This document shows, in pieces, positions 8,202-20,372 of a stretch of DNA of 32,000 nucleotides. The stretch spans positions 2,910,001 through 2,942,000 of the forward strand of contig LT962688.1 of assembly GCA_900234795.1 (NCBI GenBank), read 5' to 3'. The notes under the pieces were generated by a model, which was not told the origin of the DNA, did not search any database, and saw only the letters and a list, made by a program, of their open reading frames with translations. This DNA is from Methylorubrum extorquens (lineage in GTDB: Bacteria; Pseudomonadota; Alphaproteobacteria; Rhizobiales; Beijerinckiaceae). The translations under genes were made by a program, and so were the position numbers. Each line of letters starts with the position of its first letter. Position 1 is the first letter of the stretch.

Positions 8202-9062
8202 CTACGCCGCGTCGAGCCCCAAATCGATGATCGCCGAGCTGTGGGTGATCCAGCCGACCGAGATCAGATCGACACCCGACGCGGCCACGGCGCCGACGGT
8301 CTCTCGATTGATTCGGCCCGAGGCCTCGGTCACGGCACGTCCGTCGACCATCGCCACCGCCTGCCGCAACGTATCGGGGCTCATGTTGTCGAGGAGCACC
8401 GCGTCGGCGCCGACCGAGAGTGCCTCTTCGAGCTGGGCCAGCGTGTCGACCTCGACCTCGATCTTGACGAGGTGACCGGTTCGCGCGCGTGCCCGCTCGA
8501 TGGCGGGAATGATGCCGCCCGCGACGGCGACGTGGTTGTCCTTGATCAGCACCGCGTCGTCGAGGCCGAAGCGGTGGTTCGAGCCGCCGCCAGCGCGGAC
8601 CGCGTGCTTCTCCAGCGCCCGCAGGCCCGGCGTGGTCTTACGGGTGCAGACGATCCGCGCCTTGCCGTGCGGCCGCGCCGCCTCGACCAGCGAGGCCGTT
8701 GCCGTGGCGACCCCGCTCAGCCGGCAGAGCAGGTTGAGGGCGACGCGCTCGGCGGTGAGCACGGCGCGCGCCGGGCCGGAGAGACGGATCACGGTATCGC
8801 CCGGCGCGACGCGGGATCCGTCGGGCCGCTCGACCGAAACCGTCAGGCTCGGATCGATCAACTCGAACGCGATGGCGGCGGCGTCGGTGCCGGCGATCAC
8901 CCCGTCCTGACGAGAGGCGATGACCGCCTCCATGCGCTCGCCCGCGGGCACGATGGCATCCGTGGTGATGTCGCCCGCCCGACCGAGGTCTTCGAGAAGG
9001 GCCGCCCGTACCACGGGCTCCACGAGAAGGCGCGGCAGCGGCAGTAGGACGTCGTCAGGCAT
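8202..9062 (-). CDS. nadC: nicotinate-nucleotide pyrophosphorylase (carboxylating) NadC
   Basis: QPRTase-family sequence ([26 protein letters not shown]). ATG 9062 overlaps the nadB stop (ATGCCTGA). Confidence 0.93.
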   Translation of the reverse strand: MPDDVLLPLPRLLVEPVVRAALLEDLGRAGDITTDAIVPAGERMEAVIASRQDGVIAGTDAAAIAFELIDPSLTVSVERPDGSRVAPGDTVIRLSGPARAVLTAERVALNLLCRLSGVATATASLVEAARPHGKARIVCTRKTTPGLRALEKHAVRAGGGSNHRFGLDDAVLIKDNHVAVAGGIIPAIERARARTGHLVKIEVEVDTLAQLEEALSVGADAVLLDNMSPDTLRQAVAMVDGRAVTEASGRINRETVGAVAASGVDLISVGWITHSSAIIDLGLDAA

Positions 9063-10584
9063 CGGTGAGTTCCTGAACCGCACACGGGGCGTCGGCTGCG
9101 GCGGGCGTGAACACGGAGTGCCGGGCCGGGAGCTGGCCGGGATGATCGCTGCGCCAGTGGGCGCCGCGGCTTTCGCACCTATCGAGGGCGGAGCGGGCGA
9201 TCATCAGGCCCGTGGCGGCCGCGTCGCTGCCGCGCTCGGACAAATCGGCGAGACGGGCAATGGCCTGGGACAGGCCGGCCTCGTCGCGCACCACGCCGAC
9301 GCAGCGTTCCATGATGCCGCGAACCTCGGCGAGCGCTGAGGCATCCTGCGGCGGGATCGCCGGCAGCGGCACCGGGCGATCCGTGCTGACCAGGGCCGAG
9401 GCAGCATCGATCGACTCGGCGATGCGTGGCGCGAAGGCCAGCGCTTCGAGAAGCGAGTTGCTGGCAAGCCGATTGGCGCCGTGCAGACCGGTCGAGGACA
9501 CCTCGCCGCACGCCCAGAGGCCCGGCACGGTGCTGCGGCCGGCGGCGTCCACGAGGATGCCGCCCATGTGGTAGTGCGCCGCCGGGCGGACCGGGATCGG
9601 TTGGACCGCCGGATCGATGCCGGCCTCGGCGCAGAGCGCGAAAACCGTCGGGAAGCGCTGCGGCATGCGGGCGCCGAGCGGGCCGCGGGTATCGAGATAG
9701 ACCGTGCGGCCGCGGCCGAGCGCCTGGAAGATGCCTCGGGCCACGACGTCGCGGGGGGCGAGATCACCACCCTCGATCCCCGCCATCACGGGCGCGCCGT
9801 CCTCATCGATCAGCACCGCGCCTTCGCCGCGGAGCGCCTCGGTCGCGAGCGGCATCGGATCGCGGCCGGCGGCGATGGCGGTCGGGTGGAACTGCACGAA
9901 TTCGAGGTCGCGCAACGCGGCTCCCGCACGCGCGGCGACGAGAAGCCCCCGCCCGAGGGCGCCCCGCGGGTTCGTGGTCGAGGCATAGAGCGCACCGGTG
10001 CCGCCGGTCGCGAGCACAACGGCGCGGGCGGGCAAGCGGAAGGCCGCGCCGTCGCGCTCACACACGACACCGCAGACCCGGCCGTCGGCATCCTGCATCA
10101 GGCCGTGCAGTCCGGCGACGAGGACTTCGATCGAAGGTGTCGCCTGGACGGCGCGGACCAGCGCATCGAGCACGGTACGGCCGGTGGAATCCCCCCGCGC
10201 CCGCACGATCCGGCGGCGGCTATGGGCGGCCTCCAGCCCGAGCGCCAGGGCGCCGTCCGCCTCCCGGTCGAAGCCGGTGCCGAGGGCGACGAGCCAATCG
10301 ATCAGGCCCGGTCCCGCCTCGGCGACGCGCAGGGCAACCGCCGGCTCGGTCAGGCCGGCACCCGCGGCGAGCGTGTCGTCCGCGTGGAGCGAGGGCGCAT
10401 CGTCCGCGCCCATCGCGGCGGCGATGCCGCCCTGTGCCCAACCCGTGGCGGTGCCGGCCCCGAGGGGTGAGGCCGTGATGAGGGTGACGGGGCGGGGCGC
10501 GAGCCGCAGGGCCGTGGCGAGCCCGGCCACCCCGGCGCCGACCACGACCACCCGGTCGGCAGGACTCCGGGCGAAGACGCTCAT
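9055..10584 (-). CDS. nadB: L-aspartate oxidase NadB
   Basis: 509 aa with FAD-binding VVVVGAGVAGL, HYHMGG, and the GLHGANRLASNSLLE block. Its start overlaps the nadA stop (TGATG). Confidence 0.95.
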   Translation of the reverse strand: MSVFARSPADRVVVVGAGVAGLATALRLAPRPVTLITASPLGAGTATGWAQGGIAAAMGADDAPSLHADDTLAAGAGLTEPAVALRVAEAGPGLIDWLVALGTGFDREADGALALGLEAAHSRRRIVRARGDSTGRTVLDALVRAVQATPSIEVLVAGLHGLMQDADGRVCGVVCERDGAAFRLPARAVVLATGGTGALYASTTNPRGALGRGLLVAARAGAALRDLEFVQFHPTAIAAGRDPMPLATEALRGEGAVLIDEDGAPVMAGIEGGDLAPRDVVARGIFQALGRGRTVYLDTRGPLGARMPQRFPTVFALCAEAGIDPAVQPIPVRPAAHYHMGGILVDAAGRSTVPGLWACGEVSSTGLHGANRLASNSLLEALAFAPRIAESIDAASALVSTDRPVPLPAIPPQDASALAEVRGIMERCVGVVRDEAGLSQAIARLADLSERGSDAAATGLMIARSALDRCESRGAHWRSDHPGQLPARHSVFTPAAADAPCAVQELTDA

Positions 10585-11627
10585 CAGGCGGCCTGCCGCG
10601 GTGAGACGGTCTGGGTCGGCTTGACCGCGAGCATCCGCTCGACGGCGAGGCGCGCTCGCTCGGCCAGTCCTTCCTCGACGGTGATCTCGTGCGTCATCGT
10701 CTCCAGCGCCTCACGGATGTTGCGCAAAGTGATCCGCTTCATGTGCGGGCAGAGATTGCAGGGCTTGATGAACTCGATGTCGGGGTTGGCCACCGCGATG
10801 TTGTCGGCCATCGAGCACTCGGTCACAAGCACGACCTGGGACGGTCGCTTCTCGGTGACGTAGTTCATCATCATCGCCGTCGAGCCGGAGAAGTCCGAGG
10901 CCTCGACCACGTCCGGCGGGCATTCCGGATGGGCGATCACGGTGATGCCGGGATAGCTTTCGCGCACATCGGCGATGTCGGCCGGGGTGAAGCGCTCATG
11001 CACCTCGCAATGTCCGGCCCAGGTCAGCAGCTCGACCTCGGGCACCTGCTTCTGGACGTTTTGGGCCAGGAACTCGTCCGGGATCATCAGAACCCGCGGC
11101 ACCCCGAGGGCGCGCACCACGTCGGCGGCGTTGCCGGAGGTGCAGCACACGTCCGACTCCGCCTTCACCGCAGCGGAGGTGTTGACGTAGGTCACGACCG
11201 GCACGCCCGGATACTTGGCGCGCAGGGCCCGCACGTCGGCCGCAGTGATCGAATCGGCGAGCGAGCAGCCGGCGGCCATATCCGGCATCAGCACGGTCTT
11301 GCCGGGGTTCAGGAGCTTGGCGGTCTCGGCCATGAAGTGGACGCCGGCCAGCACGATGACGTCCGCATCGACCCGCGCCGCCTCACGCGCCAGCGCCAGA
11401 CTGTCGCCGACGATGTCCGCCACGGTGTGGAAGATCTCCGGCGCTTGGTAATTGTGCGCCAGAACCACCGCGTTGCGCTCGCGTTTCAAGCGCAGGATGG
11501 CTTCGACATCGGGAGCCAGCGCCGGCCACTCGATCGCGGGCACATGACGGCTGACGCGCTCGTAGATGTGGGGCAGCGGGAAGGCCCGTTCGGCCGGCTC
11601 GCGAAGGGCGGATCCTGCCTCGGACAT
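10584..11627 (-). CDS. nadA: quinolinate synthase NadA
   Basis: Contains VLAHNYQ, the VHFMAE block and the cysteine ligands. ATG 11627 is preceded by AAGGAG at 7 nt; the track ORF is longer (11753). Confidence 0.93.
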   Translation of the reverse strand: MSEAGSALREPAERAFPLPHIYERVSRHVPAIEWPALAPDVEAILRLKRERNAVVLAHNYQAPEIFHTVADIVGDSLALAREAARVDADVIVLAGVHFMAETAKLLNPGKTVLMPDMAAGCSLADSITAADVRALRAKYPGVPVVTYVNTSAAVKAESDVCCTSGNAADVVRALGVPRVLMIPDEFLAQNVQKQVPEVELLTWAGHCEVHERFTPADIADVRESYPGITVIAHPECPPDVVEASDFSGSTAMMMNYVTEKRPSQVVLVTECSMADNIAVANPDIEFIKPCNLCPHMKRITLRNIREALETMTHEITVEEGLAERARLAVERMLAVKPTQTVSPRQAA

Positions 11628-11639
11628 CGCGGTCTCCTT

Positions 11640-11658
11640 TATGCTCAAAATGAGCATT
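11640..11658. promoter_or_regulatory. palindromic operator candidate 1 upstream of nadA (T-ATGCTCA-AAA-TGAGCAT-T)
   Basis: Perfect 7+3+7 palindrome immediately upstream of the nadA SD. Confidence 0.5.
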
Positions 11659-11698
11659 GTGCCGCCTAAGTTAGGCGCCACCCCCGCCGTTGTCCAGA

Positions 11699-11717
11699 TA
11701 TGCTGAGACTGAGCATA
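11699..11717. promoter_or_regulatory. palindromic operator candidate 2 upstream of nadA (T-ATGCTGA-GAC-TGAGCAT-A)
   Basis: Same motif as 11640-11658 with one half-site mismatch, centred 59 bp further upstream. Confidence 0.45.
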
Positions 11718-12036
11718 ACGATTTTGCGATGCAAAATTTTGCTGCATCTGCACACGACCGCGCCGGCATCAGATGCAAGAAATCGCAACCCCCATGGAGC
11801 CTAAATTGACGCAATTCATCATTTGATGCTTCTTATCAACACCTTATAGGCACCCTCTAGATCACTTAAATCCAACGTTAACTAGCCATGGGTAATCATC
11901 AGCACCGTCATCGTAGAGAGTGCTGCGCCCAACCTCGCTCAACCGGTAGATGTGCGGCTGCCGACGAGCGAAACCGATCTGGGCAGGTCTTTCCATAATA
12001 AGTGGCAAGAAAAGTAATCGGGGGGCCTCTGACGCC

Positions 12037-13410
12037 ATGCTGTCTCTCAAGCTCGGCCGTACTGCCGCATCGTCCGCATCTGTTTCACCCGAGATCCCGA
12101 CCGCCGGCCCTTCCGACGACGCGCGTCTGGTCGCGGCGATTCAGCGCCTCGCCAATCGTGCCGGCTTCGACGAGACCGCCGTACCGGGTAACGCGGTGGG
12201 TGCCGCCCTGAGCGACCTTGAGCGGGTACGGCGCAATGACCTGCGTGCCGAACGGGCCAACGTCGCCGCCGTCGCCAGGGAAGCCTCGGAAGGGGCGATC
12301 AATATCGGCTGGACCACCTACGACGTGGGCGAAGTCGCGCAATCGACGCAAACCATCGCGAGCGCGATCGAAGAGATGGGTGCCTCGATTGCCGAGGTCG
12401 CCGAGACCTCGGAGGCCGCCGGCTCCAGCGCCGCTGAGGCGCGCCAAGCAATGACGGCCTGCATGTCCGATGTCGGCAACGCCCGCTCGGCCATGGACGC
12501 GATCCGCGACCGCACGCACCAGATCGACGAGCGCCTTCAGCTTCTCCAGAACGCCATTGCCGAGATCGGCACCATGGCGGGCACCATCGCCACGATCTCG
12601 AGCCAGACCAATCTGCTCGCGCTCAACGCCACGATCGAGGCGGCGCGCGCCGGTGAAGCAGGGCGCGGCTTCTCGGTGGTGGCGGCCGAAGTGAAGTCGC
12701 TCTCGGGCCAGACCGCGCGCTCGACCGAGCAGATCCGTACGTGGCTCAACACCCTCCAGGGTGAAATGAGCCAGATTGCCCGTGCCGTCGAGGAGAGCCG
12801 CGGCGCGGTCTCCACCGGCAGCAGCGTGGTCGACAGCCTCGGCACCCGCGTCGAGAGCGCGGCCGAGCGGATCGCCCGCACCAGCGAGATGAATGCGGCC
12901 CTCGCGGCGGCCATCACGCAGCAGAGCAGCGCGACGGCGGAGATTTCGAGCAGCGTGCAAAGCATCGCCGCCAAGGCAGCCAAGACCCGCACCGAGATCG
13001 AGGCCATCACCAAGCGCCTCGTGAAGGCAGAGACGCTGGCCCAGACGGCTCTGGCGGATTCGAGCGGGCTCGATCTCTACGAACTGGTGCGCCTGCCGGC
13101 CGATCTCGGCCTGTGGAAGCGCGGGCTCGCGACGATCCTGCTCGGTGCGGCGCCCGCCGATCCGGCCGCGGCGATCCTGCGGGGCCGGGCCGCCCGGCAG
13201 GCGGTGGAAGGTCTGACCTCCGATCCGGCCCGTCGGAACGCGGCAGAGGCCTTCCTGAAGGCCGAGGCGACCGCCCACGCCGAGGCCGAGCGGATGGTGA
13301 AGGCCCTGGCCCAAAACAACTGGGACGTCGGCACCCCGGCCTATCAGGCCGCAAACGCGGCGATGAAGGACATGATGACGGCCGCCGCCCGGATCATCGA
13401 GGCGGCCTGA
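12037..13410 (+). CDS. soluble methyl-accepting chemotaxis protein
   Basis: Highly conserved MCP hairpin tip [37 protein letters not shown]. No hydrophobic transmembrane segment is visible. ATG 12037 was chosen (the track starts at 11950). Confidence 0.9.
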   Translation: MLSLKLGRTAASSASVSPEIPTAGPSDDARLVAAIQRLANRAGFDETAVPGNAVGAALSDLERVRRNDLRAERANVAAVAREASEGAINIGWTTYDVGEVAQSTQTIASAIEEMGASIAEVAETSEAAGSSAAEARQAMTACMSDVGNARSAMDAIRDRTHQIDERLQLLQNAIAEIGTMAGTIATISSQTNLLALNATIEAARAGEAGRGFSVVAAEVKSLSGQTARSTEQIRTWLNTLQGEMSQIARAVEESRGAVSTGSSVVDSLGTRVESAAERIARTSEMNAALAAAITQQSSATAEISSSVQSIAAKAAKTRTEIEAITKRLVKAETLAQTALADSSGLDLYELVRLPADLGLWKRGLATILLGAAPADPAAAILRGRAARQAVEGLTSDPARRNAAEAFLKAEATAHAEAERMVKALAQNNWDVGTPAYQAANAAMKDMMTAAARIIEAA

Positions 13411-13490
13411 ACGCTGCGCGGCGCTGTCGCCCGGGTACTCTTACAAGCGGGCCGCCCCTGCCCTTCAGGCGGGCGCGGCCCCCACCGCGA

Positions 13491-13802
13491 TCAGGCGGCT
13501 TCCTCGTCGTCATCAAGCGTCGGATCGCCGGTCCAGGCCGTCGCAAAGGCGGCCAAGTGGCGCGCATCGGAGAATGCGAGCACCGTGACCGTGCGCTCCG
13601 TCGGCATCCCACCGGGATAGGGTGCGAGAAGCACCGTCTCCTGCGAGAGGCGCGCGTCGGGCGCGTTCGCGTCGATCCACGCCTTCGCCTCGGGCGTCAG
13701 CGTCGCCGGATCGGCCAGCGCCCGCGAATCGGCACGCAGCACGATGATCGTCGTGCCGAGTCCCGGATTGGAAGCCTGGATCTGCTTGATGATGTCGATC
13801 AT
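13491..13802 (-). CDS. hypothetical protein (about 103 aa), translationally coupled to the EthD gene
   Basis: ORF MIDIIKQIQASNPGLGTTIIVLRADS...; its ATG 13802 overlaps the EthD stop (TGATG). High third-position GC. No family recognised. Confidence 0.55.
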   Translation of the reverse strand: MIDIIKQIQASNPGLGTTIIVLRADSRALADPATLTPEAKAWIDANAPDARLSQETVLLAPYPGGMPTERTVTVLAFSDARHLAAFATAWTGDPTLDDDEEAA

Positions 13803-14128
13803 CACCCTCTCACTTCAGATGCCGCAAATTCGCTGAGCTGCACCGTCGGCTGCGTGTCGGTGAAGTTCGGGATGTCCCCGAAGATCTCCGGCCCATCCGC
13901 AGCGGCCGCGGATTTGAACGCGTCCGCGGATTCGAAGCGCAGCAGCGCCACGACCTGATAGGGCGGCGCGCCGCCATCCGGCGTGCCGGTGCCCGTCACG
14001 ACCGTGTAGTCATGCAGACCCTTCGCGGTCCAGCGTTCGCTGACCAGCGGCATATGCTTCTTCAGATAGTAGTCCATGTCGAAGCGGGTGCCGGCGCCGC
14101 TCGGATACATCACGCTGACGAGGATCAT
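13802..14128 (-). CDS. EthD-family reductase (TIGR02118-like)
   Basis: MILVSVMYPSGAGTRFDMDYYLKKHMPLV...IPNFTDTQPTVQLSE matches the EthD family layout. GGAGA lies upstream of ATG 14128. Confidence 0.8.
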   Translation of the reverse strand: MILVSVMYPSGAGTRFDMDYYLKKHMPLVSERWTAKGLHDYTVVTGTGTPDGGAPPYQVVALLRFESADAFKSAAAADGPEIFGDIPNFTDTQPTVQLSEFAASEVRG

Positions 14129-14213
14129 GGCGTCTCCTTCCACCGGCTTCTTCATCGAGCCGGCGGATCGGGAACATGTCGCGCCCGCCCGCCGGATCAA
14201 GTCTCGGGCTTCG

Positions 14214-15545
14214 TCAGTGCAGCTTCACCCGCGGCTCGGTGCGCCGGGTGAGCGCCCGGGCCAGGGCATCGAGGCTCGTCTTCCACCAGCCGTTCACGGC
14301 CGTTTCGTGCATCTTGTAAAGCGAACGGTACATCAGCCGGGCGAACAACCCGGCAATGAACATGTTCTTCCCCTGGATGAAGCCCATCAGGTTGCCGACG
14401 GCCGTGTACTCGCCGAGCGAAACGAGCGAACCGAAGTCGCGATACTTGAACGGCTTCAGCGGCCGGCCGGCGAGACGGTTGGCCATTTGCCCGTAGAGGT
14501 GCGAGGCCTGCTGGTGAGCCGCCTGGGCGCGCGGCGGGATCGGCGTCTGGGAGCCTTCCTCGACGAGGTAGGCACAATCGCCCATGGCGAAGATGTCCGG
14601 GTCGCGGGAGGTCTGCAGCGTGGCCGTGACAACGAGCTGGTTGTTGCGGGTGCTCTCGAGCCCGCCGAGATCCTTCAGGAAGGCCGGCCCCTTCACGCCC
14701 GCGGCCCAGACCACGAGTTCGGAGGGGATGAAGCCGCCATCGGCGAGCTGCACGCCATCGGCCCGCACCTCGGTGACGCGGGCCTGTACCCGCACCTCGA
14801 CGCCGATCTTGGCGAGTTGGCCCATCACCTCGACCGCCAGCCTCTGCGGTACCGCAGGCAGGATGCGGTCGGCGGCCTCGATCAGGGTGATCTTCAGATC
14901 CTTGGCTGGATCGATGCGGTCGAGGCCGGTGCTTGCCACCTCGCGGGTGGTGCGGTGCAGTTCCGCCGCCAGCTCGGTGCCGGTCGCGCCCGCGCCGATC
15001 ACCGCCACGTGGAGCTGGCCGGGACGCACCGGACCGTCCTGGGTGTGGGCGCGCAGCATGCCGTTGACGAGGCGCTGGTGGAAGCGCAGCGCCTGCTCCT
15101 TGGTGTCGAGGGCGATGGCGTGCTCGGCGACACCCGGCGTGCCGAAATCGTTGGTGGTGGAGCCCACCGCCATGATCAGCGTGTCGTAGGGGATGGTGCG
15201 CACGGGCGTGACCTCGCGCCCCTCGCTGTCACGGCTGGCGGCGAGATGGATCACCCGCTTCTCGCGGTCGAGCCCGGTCATCTCGCCGATGCGGTAGCGG
15301 AAGTGGTTGGCGTGGGCGTGGTGCAGGTAATCGATCGCATGATGGCCGACATCGAGCGAGCCGGCGGCGACCTCGTGCAGCAGCGGCTTCCAGATATGGG
15401 TGCGCGCCCGGTCCACCAGGGTGATGTGGGCCTTGCCGCGCTTGCCGTATTTGTTGCCGAGCTTGGTCACCAGTTCGAGCCCGGCGGCCCCTTCCCCCAC
15501 CACGACGATCTTGTGCTGATCCGTGACCGATTCGCTCGGAACCAT
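14214..15545 (-). CDS. ndh: type II NADH:quinone oxidoreductase (NDH-2)
   Basis: KIVVVGEGAAGLELVTKL plus a second dinucleotide fold VAVIGAGATGTELAAEL. 443 aa from ATG 15545; the track ORF extends to 15851. Confidence 0.9.
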   Translation of the reverse strand: MVPSESVTDQHKIVVVGEGAAGLELVTKLGNKYGKRGKAHITLVDRARTHIWKPLLHEVAAGSLDVGHHAIDYLHHAHANHFRYRIGEMTGLDREKRVIHLAASRDSEGREVTPVRTIPYDTLIMAVGSTTNDFGTPGVAEHAIALDTKEQALRFHQRLVNGMLRAHTQDGPVRPGQLHVAVIGAGATGTELAAELHRTTREVASTGLDRIDPAKDLKITLIEAADRILPAVPQRLAVEVMGQLAKIGVEVRVQARVTEVRADGVQLADGGFIPSELVVWAAGVKGPAFLKDLGGLESTRNNQLVVTATLQTSRDPDIFAMGDCAYLVEEGSQTPIPPRAQAAHQQASHLYGQMANRLAGRPLKPFKYRDFGSLVSLGEYTAVGNLMGFIQGKNMFIAGLFARLMYRSLYKMHETAVNGWWKTSLDALARALTRRTEPRVKLH

Positions 15546-15700
15546 CCTCGCCCCACTCGCGTCGCAGGCCGCCTCGCTCGGCGGCCTTTCAGTTTGGAAT
15601 GATCTTACATCGGTAACTGTGAAAGGACCCACACGTTCGCAGCGTGTCTGGAACGCAAATCCAGCATTACTGAACGGACGGTTTCGTAAAATTTTTTTCA

Positions 15701-16348
15701 TCAAGAAGCAGGCGCGCCGGGCTGCCGCAGCGGATGGGCGCGGGCAACGGCATCGAGCGCCAGCACTTCCTCGCTGATGCGCTTCACCGTCGGATAGGCG
15801 GCGGTGTCGATCCCGAAGATGCCGGTGCCGACCCACAGGCTGATGAGGCACAGGTCGGCGTGGCTCACCGCGTCGCCCTGGCAGAATCGGCCCGTGCCGG
15901 CCTCATTCGAGAGCCGGGTCTCCAGCGTCTTCAAACCGGTGGTGAAGGCGTTGCGCAGGAATTCCAGCATCCGCTCCCGCGGCAGGCCGTAATGCTCCAT
16001 CAGGAAGGTGCGCACGCGCGGCACGTAGAGGGGATGGGTGTCGCAGGCGACGACCTGGGCCAGCGAGCGGGCACGGGCTCGCGCCCGCGGCTCCTCCGGC
16101 AGCAGTGGAACGCCGGGCCGGGTCTCCTCCAGATAGTCGAGGATTGCGAGCGACTGCGTCAGCGGCGGTCCGTCACCATCGAACAGCGCCGGCACCGCAC
16201 CCTGCGGATTGATCGCGAGGAAGTCGGGCTTGTGCTGGTCGCCGGCATCGAGGTCGAGGAAGACCTCCTCGTAGGCGATGCCCTTGAGGTTGAGGGCGAT
16301 GCGCACGCGGAAAGCCGCGGCAGAGCGCCAGTTGCCGTACATCTTCAC
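15701..16348 (-). CDS. maiA: maleylacetoacetate isomerase (zeta-class GST)
   Basis: MKMYGNWRSAAAFRVRIALNLKGIAYE...INPQGAVPAL...QSLAILDYLEE is typical of zeta GST / MaiA. Confidence 0.8.
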   Translation of the reverse strand: MKMYGNWRSAAAFRVRIALNLKGIAYEEVFLDLDAGDQHKPDFLAINPQGAVPALFDGDGPPLTQSLAILDYLEETRPGVPLLPEEPRARARARSLAQVVACDTHPLYVPRVRTFLMEHYGLPRERMLEFLRNAFTTGLKTLETRLSNEAGTGRFCQGDAVSHADLCLISLWVGTGIFGIDTAAYPTVKRISEEVLALDAVARAHPLRQPGAPAS

Positions 16349-16471
16349 GAGGCCGTCTCCCCCTTTTGTCGTCCAGCCCTTGGCGGCCGTTTAGGATGCT
16401 TCACAGAACGCCCGGCCTCCGACCGTCTCGCCTTGGGCAGCACGGTGCGGCGGGCGGTCGGAGCGAGACAC

Positions 16472-16771
16472 TCAGAAGGCCTGAAGCGTCAGTTCGGTGT
16501 GCTCCACCTGGGGCGGAGCCTCGAAATAGGGAGAGACCATCGCCCGGTAGTCCTTCCAGGCCTGCGATCCGGTGAAGTCCTTGGTGTGTGCCTCCAGCGT
16601 ATCCCACTCGATCAGCAGGCGGTAGCGCTGCGGCTTCTCGATCGAGCGACGCACCGCGAAGCTGCGGCACCCGGCAGCGGCCCGGAAGATCTCGGCGGCC
16701 TTCGCGATGCCGGCTTCGAATTCGGCTTCCGAGCCGGGCTTTACGTCGATCTGTGCGATTTCGAGGATCAT
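16472..16771 (-). CDS. antibiotic biosynthesis monooxygenase (ABM) domain protein
   Basis: MILEIAQIDVKPGSEAEFEAGIAKAAEIF...YRLLIEWDTLEAHT is the ABM ferredoxin-like fold pattern. Start at internal ATG 16771. Confidence 0.75.
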   Translation of the reverse strand: MILEIAQIDVKPGSEAEFEAGIAKAAEIFRAAAGCRSFAVRRSIEKPQRYRLLIEWDTLEAHTKDFTGSQAWKDYRAMVSPYFEAPPQVEHTELTLQAF

Positions 16772-16879
16772 GTCCGCCGCTTCCCAGCCTTTGCCCGCCG
16801 AAGCCTTCGGGCGAGCGTTCGAAGCGGCCATATACCGGTCGCGACTGCGCCGAGAAAGAGTCGGGTCAGGCCAGATTAT

Positions 16880-17281
16880 TCAAAGGCAAACACCGTGATA
16901 GCGCGCCTCTATATGGGTGATTTCGCCACCTTCGTTCGCGCTCCAATCGATGTCCCACATAAGCTTGCAGGGGAGCGCTTGTTGAAGGAAGCTCGAACCT
17001 CGAACTTTTCCGTTATCGCGGCGCTGAAAACCTTGCGCTTTAAGCGTTTGGATCAGGTTCGCCTCTGGCGAGCCGACTGGAAATTTGGACAGAATACGCG
17101 CCGAGAACGCTTGATCAGCCTCTTGAAAACTCGGTGGCAGTCCTTCGGCCAGCGGTGGGAGTGAGGCCGGCGACGGCTTGCTCGCGTGCCAGAGGGCGAG
17201 CCAGGGGCCGCCGAACAACGCAAGGATGACGAGAATTGTGAAGCCGGCGCCCAGGAGGACGAATTTTGAGCCTCGCTTCAT
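16880..17281 (-). CDS. hypothetical membrane-anchored protein (about 133 aa), lower-G+C gene
   Basis: MKRGSKFVLLGAGFTILVILALFGGPWLAL is an N-terminal anchor. A line count at 17041-17100 gives about 53% G+C against about 70% in neighbouring genes. ATG 17281 was chosen because the longer start would lie inside the acnA terminator. Confidence 0.5.
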   Translation of the reverse strand: MKRGSKFVLLGAGFTILVILALFGGPWLALWHASKPSPASLPPLAEGLPPSFQEADQAFSARILSKFPVGSPEANLIQTLKAQGFQRRDNGKVRGSSFLQQALPCKLMWDIDWSANEGGEITHIEARYHGVCL

Positions 17282-17312
17282 CGCTCTCACAACGCCCATC
17301 GATGCGACCAAC

Positions 17313-17340
17313 AAAAAAGGCCCTCCCTTGCGGGAGAGGC
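17313..17340 (-). terminator. rho-independent terminator of acnA
   Basis: Minus strand reads GCCTCTCCC-GCAA-GGGAGGGCC followed by TTTTTT, 27 nt after the acnA stop. Confidence 0.8.
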
Positions 17341-17366
17341 TTTCCTGTCGTTGAAGTCGCTCGGCC

Positions 17367-20066
<2,700 letters not shown>

Positions 20067-20301
20067 GGCGAGTCGGGTCCTGAGCTGGCGTTAGCGAACA
20101 CGGAGCAGGCATAACCTGCGCCACGAGAGGTGTTCGGCCGGAGACGCTCCAAGGAGCGCGCGCCGCCCCGGGGGTGCCCGGGTAGCGAGTGCCCTCGGGG
20201 AACTCCCGGCGGCCGGGAGGCCCGCGAATGACACTCAGGATGGTGCGCGAGGGGCGATTTGGACGCCCTGGAATGATCGCGCGGCGCAGCCTGAGCCGGT
20301 C

Positions 20302-20318
20302 TATAGAACGTTTCGAAA
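20302..20318. promoter_or_regulatory. Irr-box / iron control element (ICE)-like site upstream of acnA
   Basis: TATAGAA-CGT-TTCGAAA against the published ICE TTTAGAA-N3-TTCTAAA, with one mismatch per half-site. It lies 236 nt upstream of the acnA start. Confidence 0.45.
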
Positions 20319-20372
20319 TTGGCCGCTACTGGCCCGATGACACAGGCGCGCGACTGATATTGCGGTCCCGCT

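Noticed and set aside
11862-12050. 62-aa minus-strand ORF in the nadA/MCP intergenic region
   Set aside because: It has no SD and atypical composition, and it overlaps the MCP start. It is more likely promoter DNA.
16418-16470. Complementary segments CTCCGACCG/CGGTCGGAG and TCTCG/CGAGA between the ABM gene and maiA (crossing, pseudoknot-like order)
   Set aside because: The elements are short, there is no U-tract, and I know of no associated function. It could be chance in GC-rich DNA.
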